In this document: piece by piece, positions 38,420 through 51,927 of the stretch
Numbering within the stretch: position 1 is the stretch's first letter
How the letters are laid out: every line of letters begins with the position of its first letter
NCBI RefSeq assembly: GCF_009914755.1
Contig: NC_060926.1
Source of the DNA: the human T2T-CHM13v2.0 reference genome, Homo sapiens
Reading direction: 5' to 3' (one strand)
Length of the DNA: 64,000 nucleotides
The notes under the pieces: model-generated
The model's database searches: none
Told to the model about the DNA's origin: nothing
What the model saw: only the letters and a program-made list of their open reading frames with translations
Made by a program: the position numbers and the translations under genes

Positions 38420-39510
38420 TTATTTTTGTTTGTACATGAACTTTCTGCATCGTCTGATGAAGACCATTATCCCCTCTTTCCAGATATCCTCATTTTCTTT
38501 CTTCTAAATGTCTGGTTGCCCTTTCTGAGAATTTTTCATTGATTCCTCTTTCTCTTCCTAGCTGTGAAATATTATACCAGGTTCCTTTCTCACCCTGCTC
38601 ACCAACTCACTCCTTCCAACTTGTGTGTTAATTTCCTCACTCCCGTAACTCATGAGAAAAACAACAACAAACAACAAGATTTGAATGTGTTAAGCTGTAC
38701 CCCATGCTGGGATAGTTATTTTGCCACTGACTCTTAGGAATCACTGCCTGATCCCTGCTACTCTAAATTCCTGTCTCAGTTTTTGTCAATAATTAAATAA
38801 TTAACTTTTGGTTATAGAAAAACATAGACCTAAGACCTATGTTTACCCCAAAAGGGAACTAACGGCGTCCATTTCTCTCTCTGAAGCCTGAGACAATTTT
38901 CCGGAACTCCAGAATTAGCTATGTGCTTGCTAGTGTTTCCCATTTGATATCCTATAATCAAATGTGCAAAATTGAACTCATCTTTTCTTCACCCTAAACT
39001 CGCAATTCTGCTTATATTTCCATGTTTAGCAAATGTCACTATTAGCTATACACATGCTCTAATTAAAATATGGAAGTCTTTCCTGATTTGTTTCTTTTCC
39101 TAATACATTTTCTACCCAGTGATTGTGCTCCTGGTAATTAGTTTATTGACTTTGGCTCTGTCCTCTCCATCACTTGCCACCTTATTAAGACCCCATTATT
39201 CCTTGTCCGTGTGATCACAGAAGTTTCCTATCCGGTCTTCTTGCTTACACTGTTGGATTCTTCTAATGCATTATTCCCACAGCAGCTGCCAGACTTGCTT
39301 TTCTAAGGCATAAATATAGCCTATTTATCCCTTGATTTTGTTCTTTAATATTGTTCTCATAAGCAATTATTACAGCTGGCTCTACCAGTACACTGTATTT
39401 TCTTCCCTGAGTGCTACTTCCAGTTTCCAGTATAGGACATGAGCATGCTCTTCTGACCTGGAACACATGCAGGCTGCTTGCTTTCTCTACCTCACTAACT
39501 GCTAATCATC
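38420..39510 (+). mobile_element. L2 (long degenerate fragment set)
   Basis: AATGTGCAAAATTGAACTCATCTTTTCTTCACCCTAAAC; CCCACAGCAGCTGCCAGACTTGCTTTTCTAAGGCATAAAT. Confidence 0.7.
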
Positions 39511-39519
39511 TTCAGAAGG

Positions 39520-39722
39520 CAAGGTGATGCAAGGAAAAGAGAATGCACTCTGATTATAGCCTCAGACTGAATTTCCAATCCCAGTTCTAAAACTTCTGAG
39601 CTAAGTGACTGAAAAATTACCTAACCTTGTTTAGTATCAATTTTTGTATCTGTTTTTCAGATAATAATAATAATAGTAGCTACTTTAAAAGGTTAGTGGA
39701 TTGAGGTACATATGTAAAGTTA
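39520..39722 (+). mobile_element. MIR
   Basis: AATTTCCAATCCCAGTTCT...AATTACCTAACCTT...GATAATAATAATAATAGTAGCTAC...CATATGTAAAG. Confidence 0.7.
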
Positions 39723-39724
39723 TC

Positions 39725-41330
39725 TATTGGTTTGACTTCTTCAAGCAGCCACAACTAAGTTCCAGCAAACCAAAACAAACAATTTATTAACAAAACTCTA
39801 TGATACTTCACAAAATTAAAGAAAAGAATGGCAAAACCAGAATATATCTATAGATGTAAAGAGCTAAAACTGAGGACATCATAACCCTAGGAATCCTAGG
39901 GTTTTTATCTCTGCTTCTAAGTTGCTTTTAATTCTTCATCTCCATGGCTCCAAGAGATACCATATACCTAGTTAGCCCCATCAGAAAAACTAGGGGCAAT
40001 GACTCTGAATGGCCGAGCTTAAGTTATGTGGCTAACATTAGACTCATCCCTATGACAGATAGGATAAGGAGCATTAATTATCTCATTTTGGATCACATGT
40101 CTATCTGTGTGGTAGAAGACCTGAGCCAGGAAAAAACGCAATAATTGTAGTCAAGAGCTTCTTTGTCCAATGTACAATACATTCTTCCCATACAAAAAAT
40201 TACAAGAGTCGTTCTATTTAACATAATTCAAGTATCACACATGCATTCATCCTCTTCCAAGTAGTAGAAAACTTAAAGTCATATCCAACTATTGCAACCA
40301 GAACCAAGTTTATAGTATCTCTGGGATGTGCATTCCTTTTAATTATTTGCTCATATGTTGCTCATTACCTTGCAATATATGAACAAAATCTATATGTTTA
40401 ACCACATCTCAGACATGCATTATACAACAATGTTGAGAAAAACAAGAAAACAGCTATAAAAATTCCCACGTAGGATAGGGTTACAGTGGAATCCCCATAT
40501 ATCTGTTACTGGTTGAAGAAAATAATATATGCATGGACAAGAATAGTAAGGAGCAGACATTGGTTGGCTTGAACCTTTCCAGTTGAGTCACCATTGCTTA
40601 TTTTCCCCATCTGACCTTTATGGTACTTCTTCTGAGCATTATTCTTTCTGGCTGCACCTGAGGGGGTCTTTAGGAAAGACTCCCTGGGGACTGTACATTT
40701 TTCTGTGCTTCTCTAGTGTAGTCACAAGGTGCTAACAGTTACTTTAGAAGTTAGCAGATGTATCTTAGAAACATGTTGGATTTACTTGGGAATTCAATTA
40801 CATAAAAGTCAAATTGGCCACCTAATTTGGATGTTTTTATGTGGGTAGATCTGGTTTGTTTAAAAATCAAACAACCAGAATTATTATTCAGTTGTAAACT
40901 TTAAATCTGAACCCTGACCTTGCAAATTCTAACCTTAATAAGGCTCTTCATGTTTTGCCCATTTCACTAGGACTTATTTTAAAGCTTTCAACCACAGAAT
41001 CCTAGATTGGATACTAAGAAAGGATGAACAGCTGTTCTGAAGCTGGGAATCCCTGAGAACTGGGCATTTCAGTTGAAGGAGTTATAATCTCTTTCTGATA
41101 AGTCACATCCCAAGAAAAGATAATGAGAGCCTGGAGCAAGGCTTCCACCATTTCTGTGGCTGCTGTCATGTGCTAGACTCTGGTCGTTTTCACGGCATAG
41201 ACTCGAGTTCAGGTACTAGGCCATTCCTACAACCTCACCTGGTGACACACAGAGTCCCGTCTCTTCAGAATGCCCTTTCCTTTCTTGTCTGTTATTCATC
41301 TGTCATGAATTCTTCTTCCAGGTAGAACAT
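39725..41330 (-). mobile_element. Old MaLR: MLT1J/K-like LTR (~39725-40150) plus adjoining internal sequence
   Basis: GACTCTGAATGGCCGAGCTTAAGTTATGTGGCT and TTGGATCACATGTCTATC (MLT1-like); AAAGTCATATCCAACTATTGCA and AAAATTCCCA resemble MLT-int. Confidence 0.5.
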
Positions 41331-41589
41331 TAGTTTTTCTGTAATGAAAACATTTCTTCTAATTCTATCTAAAACAAAACATTTCTCCACTTATAGATGA
41401 TAAATTTAGCACTTTGTCACTCAATATCTTGTGCCACTCTTTGTTCCTATGTGTGAGTCATGCTACATCAAAGAAATTCAAAGGGAAGAACATGTTACAC
41501 AATTCTATTTTCTATAGCACCCAGTTCAAGGTTGAATATTTATTAATTCACTTTGATCTAGCATATAAAAACTAAAAAATGATTAGTCA

Positions 41590-41705
41590 CGTGGAGAAGA
41601 GGGTGGGGCTAGCCTGTGGAAAGTCACAGAGATACAATATACTCATAACAAACCTGCACTTGTATCTCCTGAATCTAAAATATAAAAAACATTTGAAAAA
41701 ATCTA
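41590..41705 (+). mobile_element. L1 3'-end fragment (L1PB/MA-like)
   Basis: ATAACAAACCTGCACTTGTATCTCCTGAATCTAAAATATAAAAAA. Confidence 0.7.
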
Positions 41706-42434
41706 TAATGCAATTCTGTAAAAGTAGAGTAATAATTCTCTTCTATTTTTTCTACCTAGATGTACCTGAGTACATCTCCCTTTTGCTGCCTTGTACAGTG
41801 ACTCAGGCAGTGGTGATTAATCCAAGAGGGGTGGTGGAAGAGGCTGTGCATTCATGTAGAAATGCAACAAAACCACCAAGCCTGTGTTTGGCTAGAAAAG
41901 CTTCTTAGGATGTTCTGATGCTTGGTCCTAGGAGACAGCACTTTTCCCTTCTATACTAAGCTAAATGGCTGGATTAGCATGGAAAACTGAAAGTTAGAAC
42001 TACAAAGTACCTCCCTTGCATTCTGGAAATGCGGAAGAAAGCAAGCTGTAATCTTGGCATGTGAGGAATCCACAGTCTAAGTGACTGACAAGTGCGCATG
42101 TGAGGACAAACCATGATAGAGATGGGCACAGAGTGTTATGGACTAGAATAGAGGAGTTAGGTAAGATTTCCCAGAGGAAGTCATGTGTGGGATGAGTTTA
42201 ATCAAGGATGCTACATGAATCATTACCATCGTCAACAAAGGAGAAGTTAGGAGGACATATTTTTCATTGATATTTTTACATGGTTAACAGTGATTGGATG
42301 TGGGAAGTGTGTGTATGTGTGTATGTGTGTGTGTCTGTGTCTGTCTGTGTCTGCATGTATCCCGAGATGTCATTAACATTCCAGGTTAATACTCATTCAT
42401 GTATTTATTGCTCAGTCCAGCTTCCCCTCCGTGG

Positions 42435-45400
42435 TTTGTTTTTTTTTAATTTCTAGTTTTTTTTTCTTCAACTGTTATTTTAAGTTCAGCGGTACATGTG
42501 CAGGATGTGCAGGTTTGTTACATAGGTAAACATGTGCCATGGTGTCTTGCTGCACAAATCATCCCATCACCTAGGTATTAAGCCTGTTAGCTCTTCTTCC
42601 TAATGCTCTCCCTCTCCCATGCCCCTTACCACCCTGCGACAGACCCCAGAGTGTGTTATTCCCCCCCAACATTCCATGTGTTCCTGTCACTCAGCTCCCA
42701 CTTATAAGTGAGAGCATGTGGCGTTTGGTTTCCTGTTCCTGCATTAGTTTGCTGAGAATAATGGCTTCTAGCTCCATCCATGTCCCTGCAAAGGACATGA
42801 TCTCATTCATTTTTGTGGCTGTACAGCATTTCCATGGTGTATATGTACCACATATTCCTTATTCAATCTATCATTGATGGGCATTTAGGTTGATTCCCTG
42901 TCTTTGATATTGTGAATAGTGCTGCAATGAACATATGTGTACATACATCTTCATATAGTATAATTTATATTCCTTTGTGTACATACTCAGTAATAGGATT
43001 GCTGGGTCAAATAGTATTTCTGCCTCTAGGTCTTTGAGGAATTGCTCCACTGTCTTCCACAATGATTGAACTAATTTACACTCCCACCAACAGTGTGAAA
43101 GCATTCCTTTTTGTCTGCAACCTCACTAGCATTTGTTGTTTTTTTGGCTTTTTAATAATAACCATTCTGACTAGCATGGTACCTCATTGAGGTTTTGATT
43201 TGCGTTTCTCTAATGATCAGTGATGCTGAGCTTTTTTTTTCATATGTTGGTTGGCCGCGTGTATGTCTTCTTTTGAGAAGTGTCTGTTCATGTCCTTTGC
43301 CCACTTTTTTTAATGGGGTTGTTTGTTTATTTCTTGTAAATTTGTGTAAGTACCTTGTAGACTCTGGATATTAGTCCTTTGTTAGATGGATAGATTGCAA
43401 AATTTTCTCCCATTCTTTAGGTTGTCTGTTCACTCTGATGACAGTTTCTTTTGCTGTGAAGATGCTCTTTAGTTTAATTAGATCCCATTTGTCAATTTTT
43501 GTTTTTGTTGCAATTGCTTTTGTTGATATCATTATAAAATCTTTGCCCATGCCTATATACTGAATGGTATTGCCTAGACTTTCTTCTAGGGTTTTTATAG
43601 TTTTGAGTTTTACATTTAAGTCTTTTGTATGTCTTGAGTTAATTTTTGTATTCTGTGTAAGGAACTGGTTTAGTTTCAGTTTTCTGCATATCGCTAGCCA
43701 GCACTCCCAGCACCATTGATTAAATGGGGAGTCCTTTCCCCATTGCTTATTTTTATTAATTTTGTCAAATATCAGATGGGTGTAGGTGTGCAGTCTTATT
43801 TCTGAGTTCTTCATTCTGTTCCATTGTTCTGTGTGTCTGTTCTTGTACCCGTACCATGCTGTTTTGGTTACAGTAGCCTTGTAATAATATAGTTTGAAGC
43901 CAGGTAGCATGATGCCTCCAGCTTTGTTCTTTTGCTTAGGATTGTCTTGGCTATTTGGGATCTTTTTGGTTCCATGTGAATATACAAATATTTTTTCTAA
44001 TTCTGTGAAGAATGTAAATGGTAGTTTAATGGGAAAAGCATTAAATCTATAAATTACTTTGGGTAGTATGTCCATTTTCACAGTATTGATTCTTCCTATC
44101 TACGAGCATGGAATGTTTCTCCATTTATTTGTGTCCTGTCTGATTTCCTTGAGCAGTGGTTTGTAGTTCTCCTTGAAGAGTTCCTTCATTTCCTTGTTAG
44201 CTGTATTCTTTTTGTAGCAGTTTTGAATGGGAGTTCATTCATGATTTGGCTCTCTGCTTGCCTGTTGTCAGTGCATAGGAATGCTAGCAATTTTTGCACA
44301 TAGATTTTGTATCCTGAGACTTTGCTGAAGTTGCTTATCAGTTTAAGAAACTTTTGGGCTGAGATGAGGAGGTATTCTAAATATAGGATCATGTCATCTT
44401 TAAATAAAGATAATCTGACTTCCTCTCTTCCTATCTGAATACTGTTTATTCCTTTCTCTTGCCTAATTGCCCTGGCCAGAACCAATACCATGTTGAATAA
44501 GAGTGGTGAGAAAGGGCATCCTTGCCTTGTACTGGTTTTTCAGGAGAATGCTTTCAGCTTTTGCCCATTAAGTGTGATATTAGCTGTGGGTTTGTTATAT
44601 ATGGCTTTTATTATTTTGATGTATGTTCCTTCAATACCTAGTTTACTGAGAGTTTTAAACATAAAGGGATGTTGAATTTTATTGAAGGCTTTTTCTGTGT
44701 CTGTTGAGGTAATCATGTGGTTTTTGTCTATAGTTCTGTTGATGTGAGGAATCACAGTTATTGATTTGTGTACATTTAACTAACCTTGTATCCTGGGGAT
44801 GAAGCCAACTTGATCATGGTGGAAAAGCTTTTTGATGTGCTGCTGGATTTGGTTTGCCAGTATTTTATTGAGGATTTTTGCATCAGCGTTCATCAAGTAT
44901 ATTGGCCTGAAGTTTTCATTTTTGGTTGTGTCTCTGCCAGGTTTTTGTATCCGGATGATGCTGACCTCATAGAATGAGTTAGGAAGAAGTCATTCAATTT
45001 TTTGAGAATCATTTTCAATTTTTTGGAATAGTTTCAGTAGAAGTGGTGGCAGCTCTTCTTTGTACCTCTGGTAGAATTCACCTGTGAATCTGTCTAGTCC
45101 TGGGCTTTTTTTGGTTGGTAGACTATTTATTACTGTCTCAATTTCAAACTCATTATTATTGATCTATTCAGGGATTCAGTTTCTTTGTGGTTCAGTTTTG
45201 GGAGGATATATGTGTCCAGGAATTTGTCTACCTATTCTAGATTTTCTATTTTATGTGCGTAGAGATGTTTATAGTATTCTCTGATGGTTGTCTGTATTTC
45301 TGTGGGGTCAGTGGTGATATCATTTCTTATCATTTCTGATTGTGTTTATTTGATTCTTCTCTCTTTTCTTCTTTATTAGTATAGCTAGTGGTCTATCTAT

Positions 45401-47252
45401 TTTGTTAATTGTCTCCAAAAACCAGCTCCTGGATTCGTTTATTTTTTGAAGGGTTTTTTGTGTTTCTATCTCCTTCAGTTCTGCTTTGATCTTGGTTATT
45501 TCTTGTCTTTTCCAGCTGTGGGGTTTGTTTGCTCTTGCTTCTCTAGTTCTTTTAGTCGAGATGTTAGGTTGTTAACTTGAGATCTTTCTAGCTTTTTGAT
45601 GTGGGCATTTAGTGCTATTAAGTTCCCTCTTAACACTGCTTTAGCTGCATCCCAGAGATTCTGGTACATTGTTTCTTTGTTCTCATTAGTTTCAAAGATC
45701 TTGTTGATGTCTGCCTAAATTTCATTGTTTACCCAAGAGTCATTCAGGAGCAGGTTGTTCAATTTCCATTTGATGGTGTGGCTTTGAGTGAATTTCTTGA
45801 TCTTGAGTTCTAATTTGGTTGTGCTGCTGTCTAAGAGACTGTTTGTTATGATTTTAGTTCTTTTGCATTTGCTGAGGAGTGTTTTACTTCTGATTATGTG
45901 ATCAATTTTAAAGTGCCATGTGGTGATGAAAAGAATGTATACTCTGTTGTTTGGGGGTGGAGAGCTCTGTAGGTATATATCAGGTCTGCTTGATCCAGAG
46001 CTGAGTTCAGGTCCTGAATATCTTTGTTAGTTTTCTGTCTCAATGATCTGTCTAATATTGTCAGTGAGGTATTAAAGTCTTCCACTATTATTGTGTGGGA
46101 GTCTAAGTCTCTTTTTAGGTCTCTAAGCACTTGCTTTATGAATCTGGGTGCTCCTGTATTGGGTGCATATATATTTTAGTATAGTTAGCTGTTCTTGCTT
46201 AATTGAACCCTTTACAATTATGTAATGCCCTTCTTTGTCTTTTGTGATCTTTTTGGTTTAAAGTCTGTTTTGTCAGAAACTAGGATTGCAACCCCTTCTT
46301 CTCTGATTTCTATTTGCTTGGTAAATTTTCCTCCATCCCTTTATTTTAAGTCTATGTGTGTCTTTGCACGTGAGATGGGTCTTTTGAAGACAGCATAGTG
46401 ATGGGTCTTGGCCATTTATCCAGCTTGCCTTTCTGTGTCTTTTAATTGGGGCATTAAGCCCATTTACATTTAAGATTAGTATTGTTATGGGTGAATTTGA
46501 TCCTATCATCATGATGCTGGCTGGTCATTTTGCAGAATTGTGTATGTGGTTGCTTCATAGTGTCACTGGTCTGTGTATTTCAGTGTGGTTTTTTAGTGGC
46601 TGGTAACAATTTTTTCTTTCAATTTTCAGTGATTCTTTCAGGAGCTCTTACAAGGCAGTCCTGAGGGTGACAAATTCCCTCAGGATTTGCTTGTCTGTAA
46701 AGGATCTTATTTCTCTTTCACTTATGAAGCTTAGTTTCACCAGATATGAAGTTCTAGGCTGGAAATTATTTTCTTCAAGAACGTTGAATATTGGCCCCCA
46801 ATCTCTTCTGGCTTATAGGGTTTCCACTGAGAAGTCCACTGTTAGTCTGATGGCTTTTCCTTTGTAGGTGATCTGGACTTTCTCTCTGGCTGCCCTTAAC
46901 ATTTTTTCTTTCATTTCGATTTTGGAGAATCTGAGGATTATGTGTCCTGGGGTTGATCTTCTCATGGAGTATCCTACTGGAGTTCTCTGAATTTCCTGAA
47001 TTTAAATGTTGGCCTGTCTTGCTAGGTTTGGGAAGTTCTCCTGGATGATATCCTGAAATATGTTTTCCAACTTTATTCCATTCTCCCCATCTCTTTGAGG
47101 TACCCCAATCAGTCGTAGGTTCTGTCTCTTTACATAATCCCATATTTCTTGGAGGTTTCGTTTGCTCTTTTTTATTCTTTTATCTCTATTCTTTTCTGCC
47201 TGTCTTATTTCAGAAAGATAGTCTTCAAGCTCTGAGATTCTTTCCCCTACTT
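42435..47252 (-). mobile_element. ~4.8 kb 5'-truncated older L1PA (roughly L1PA10-13); 3' part of ORF1, disrupted ORF2, 3'UTR
   Basis: Minus-strand ORF pieces match L1 ORF2: endonuclease N-terminus MIGSNSPITILILNVNGLNAPIKRHR (46512), [16 protein letters not shown]-terminal WWECKLVQSLWK; multiple frameshifts and stops; poly(T) at ~42435. Confidence 0.97.
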
Positions 47253-47479
47253 GTCTCCATTTTTCTCAGGAGGTATTTTAACAAAATTTAAAGGGATGTA
47301 CCACACTGTTTACAATTACTGTGTATATTTGTGTTTACGTGTGCACGTGTGTGTACGATGAACCCAAGGAAAGCATATTCTAAAATAAGGACCAATAATA
47401 TTATTTTCTATGATTTCTTCTTAGTACTGAACCCAATAAAGGAATATCAAGAATGTTTCAGACAGTAGGGTAAGATAGA

Positions 47480-47670
47480 GATAAATCCTACAATTGCCAC
47501 TTATAATCTGGGTAACTTTGGGAAAATTACCTTTCTTTGAACTTATTTTATTAATTTTTAGAATGAGAATAATAAAAATACCCTCCTCATAGGACTGTGG
47601 TGAAGATTAAGAGAATTAATTAATATAAAACAGCATGGAGCCAAGCATATGGTAAGACCTTAAGGAATTT
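47480..47670 (+). mobile_element. MIR
   Basis: GCCACTTATAATCTGGGTAACTTTGGGAAAATTACC...CCTCATAGGACTGTGGTGAAGATTAA. Confidence 0.75.
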
Positions 47671-47944
47671 TATTTCATTAATTATAAAAGACACATTTCT
47701 CCCCTACATTTTAACATCTCCGTAGAGAAAATATGTCTTACAATTTATGTTCTTATAGTTGATGAAGCAAGTATTCTTATTTAAATATGATTTATAATCG
47801 AAACATAGTTTTTTGTTTTAAAATGTTAGAAATCAACACTATGAACTCAGATACCAATTCTCTCAGTGGGGATAGTTTGCAGTGAAGGAAATAAAATGGA
47901 GAAATTTGCAAATTAGGACAAAATTAATATGTGTTCTCTTTGAG

Positions 47945-48700
47945 TTTATTCATATTTATTCCACAAACATTTGAATGGATAACCATGTGCCAAATTCTGT
48001 GTAGGACAAATTTCACAAGATGAATAAAACGTAATATTTGTCTTCAAAGATCTAACACATGTTCATGGAAGACAACAGAACCGTATAAGTACAGCATCAG
48101 TTATAAGTACCTAAGCTAATTGTTTACATAGAAGAAAGACCTAATTCATAGGAGAGGAGAGGGTGGGGAAAGACAAAATGAAAGATGTGATTTCTAAATT
48201 AAGTCTCAACAGACTGGTAAAGTGAGCCAGGTAAAAGGTGAAGGGAAGTAAGCTCTAGAAGGAGGTAATACAAAAGGACTTGGGAGAAGAAGAGAGAAGA
48301 ATCTTTCTTGTCCAAGAAACTACATGATATTTAATTTGGATGAAATATTTGCAGAAGGAGTAAAAAATCTCAGCTAGAAGTTAAGAAGGGTCAGCTCACG
48401 GAGGACCTTGCCTAGTTATGCTGATGAGCTTGAACTTTAGCAGGAGTTAAATGAAAATACTCTGAAACAGTTTAAAATGGAGGGGGTGATATACTCACAA
48501 TTTTATTTCCAAACTGTTGTTCAGAGTGAATTAAAGTGGATAGGATCAAAGACAAAGAGGGCAGTTAGGCGCTTATTGTGATCATTATTAATAGTGGTAT
48601 TGGAGATGTAGTGAAATGGGCGATTATGAAAGTGATAGAATCTATAGGACTTGATGATTAATGGAATGTGAAATAGAGAGAAGTTAAGTTGTAATAACCA
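47945..48700 (-). mobile_element. L2
   Basis: ATTTATTCCACAAACATTTGAATGGATAACCATGTGCCAA...GGACTTGATGATTAATGGAATGTG. Confidence 0.7.
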
Positions 48701-50209
48701 CATCTCAGTTCAAATGATAAACAAATGCCATGCAGATCTAGAGCGGGGGCCATTTGCCTGAGCCATTGTGCCTAACACAGTGCTGAGTCCACAATAAACC
48801 AATGCTAAACAGTTGTACATTGACATATCATCGATTCCTCTGGAAATTCTTTGAGTACTTCACACACAGATGTCCATATTGAATTAATACATAATTATCA
48901 AGAGAAAAAATATCCCTGAGTCAACATTCTAGAAATGTTCAAGTGTCTAGATTGGATTTTCTCATTGTCCTTTTCCATAACAACACAGTGACTTGGAACA
49001 TAACATGACACTAAGAAATAGAAGAATAAAAAGGATCTTGAAGCAATTCCCTTTTATCTTGCTTTATTCTTAACAGCATTTCTCTGGTCTAATTCTTTTA
49101 TGGTTCCAGGGAGAATTACATTTCAAATTCCATAATTGCACAGGAGAATTGGAGTCTTGTAAAAATTTAGAGTACTTCATTCAAAGGCAATTTTTATTAT
49201 CAACTGAACCTATGCTGTGATGCAGCCAAAGAAATTGTTTAGAGCATCATTAAAATAACCTTTTTAATATGACTGCTTTCTCTTGAAAAAATGTAGCACC
49301 CTCTTATTTAATATTACCATATTACAATGGACTATATATTTGTTGAAAGTCTTATAGTATGGTATTTAGTATATTGAACCAGCACAAAATATACATGAAC
49401 TTTATCAGTTTTCATTTTCCCTTTACAAACCAAGAACAATATTAAATGACATTTTATGACATTTGATAGGTATTTAAAATTTGTTATTGAGGTTCTTCAG
49501 TGAGCCATAAAATACAAGTGTAACAGTATGGCTGTGCTTTCATTATGAGAAATGCAAGCAGGAAGCATTTAAATCAGCACCATTTTCCATCAATGTCTTG
49601 CTCCTGATTCTCTGCCAAGTTCATTATCTCTTCTGTCCCTAAATTTGTCCATATGAAAAATTAGGAGAAAAAAGAATAAATTAATACCTGCCTCTAAAAT
49701 GATCTGAAATCCAGGTATGGAAAATCTTATACAAGTTTAAAAGACTGGTTTATTCACTACTGTCCTCATTTGTTTGAACACACTACAATGTTCTGTGGGA
49801 TAGTAGCTGAGAGACAAGCAATAGTCCTTTTCACACCTTCCATCCGTAAAGACAATTCTTTTATTTGCAGCTGAAGCTATTATATCCAGAGCCTATGGCT
49901 GTTTGGCTCTTTTAACAATGGAAATTTTAAAAGAGAAACAGCAGGTAAAATGTGAAAATGTCCTCTGGGATATTATTTTATTACTACATGTCCCTTATCA
50001 TTTAGCAAACTAGATGCAATATAAAAAATTAAGTCAGTTTGTTTGGTGCCTGGTTGGCAAAAAATCAAATAACAGTTACTAAAGAAATAATGGTGAGCTA
50101 ACCTAAACTCTGCGTGTGTGTGTGCGCGCGTGCCATAAAGCCAAGGTGGAGAGGTGAATGAAAAAGTCATTAGAGGAGAGGCAAAAGCCATATCGCTTGA
50201 AAAAAGCAC

Positions 50210-50380
50210 CATGGTATCATGGTCGAAGAATGGGCTTTAGACGCTGGCAAGCTTGGGTTTCAATTATGGCATTTTGCAGTGTGCTATTTATTTCCGAGCA
50301 TTAATTTCTACAATGAAAAAATACATAATTAATATCTCATAGGATTTGAAGGATCAAGTGAGATGACTGAAATAAAGTAT
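50210..50380 (+). mobile_element. MIR
   Basis: GAATGGGCTTTAGACGCTGGCAAGCTTGGGTTTCAAT...TCTCATAGGATTTGAAGGATCAAGTGAGAT. Confidence 0.6.
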
Positions 50381-50859
50381 GAATCCAGATGTCTGTCATA
50401 TTAATTCTCTCTTTTAATCATGGGAGCTATTGACAATGCAAAAGGTACTCAGTATAGCACTAGAATGATAGTGTACCTCCCGAGATAATGTGTAAGGTCC
50501 TTCACTAACACCTTTTTCATAGGAATATTGTTGAGCTGCCTTCACACAGATAGAATATCTGGGTTACAACCACTTTGCAGAAAAGTTACCAGATATAGCT
50601 TTTTGAAATTTTCTGCCTGGGTTAAAATTACAGTCTTGTAGTAACTCTTTGGTGCATATTAGTAACTGCTGAACTGTGTGGTGTTGAGCCAATCACATTG
50701 ATGGGAAAGGAAATTTAATGCATCAGACAAGGGAAAGTTACCACGGTTAGTTAGTAGACATAGAATGCTCTAAGTTAGTAAATTCATGGTAAGTTATGCA
50801 ATAGAAGAGATCATAAATAACTAAATAACAGGGAAACTGCAAAAAGACTAGCAGAAGTT

Positions 50860-51175
<316 letters not shown>

Positions 51176-51479
51176 TCAGTTATTATTATTCTGTAGGAGG
51201 TTCAACCAGAATCTATCTCTTTGCTCTCTATTATCTATAAGTCACCTTCTAGATCTTACAACAGGGGCAGAAGTACACCTCTCTGAAATATCCTTCTTAC
51301 AACTGTAACTTATAGATTTGGTTTGGTGTCTACATTGCCAACATTACTTAAATGTTTACAATTCCACTGTGACCTGTTGTCACTATTACATTTCAGAGAT
51401 GTATAAAAGAAATGTCCTCTTCTATGCAGGAATATTTGTATTTCATGTTGGAATTAAAACCCAGGCATGTTTTAGTGTA

Positions 51480-51927
51480 CAGATAGGTACCCTTCTAAAA
51501 TATTAAATCATTACCCCACAGCATGAATTAACCTTTGTGCCTCTGCTCTTATAACATCATTAACATAATCATGATAGGATATAAAACACTCATAGTTACC
51601 CTCACCCCTGCTCTTGGCTCTCTCTGAGGGAAGCCAGCTTCCATATCATAAAAAGAGGCCCATAAGGAAAAAAAATGGAGGCCTCTTGCCTGGAGCTAGG
51701 AGAATTAGCTGTCTGGGAAGTGGATGTTTCAGTGTCAGTAAAGCCTTCAGCTGACTGCTGCCCCATCTGCCATCTTGACTGCAACCTCATGAGAGACCAC
51801 GAGCCAGAACAATCCCAGCCAAGACTCCCCAGGGTGCCTCACCTCAGAAATTGTGTGAGATAAATTTGTCATTTTTAGCTATTAACTTTTAACATTATCT
51901 GTTATGCAGCAATAAATAATCAATACA
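51480..51927 (+). mobile_element. MaLR LTR (MLT1F-like)
   Basis: CATCTTGACTGCAACCTCATGAGAGACCACGAGCCAGAAC; TGTTATGCAGCAATAAATAATCAATACA; left boundary uncertain. Confidence 0.8.

Noticed and set aside
43371-44081. 236-aa ORF as a host gene
   Set aside because: It is a fragment of disrupted L1 ORF2.
50111-50133. TGCGTGTGTGTGTGCGCGCGTGC Z-DNA-prone tract
   Set aside because: Short and common; no supporting context.
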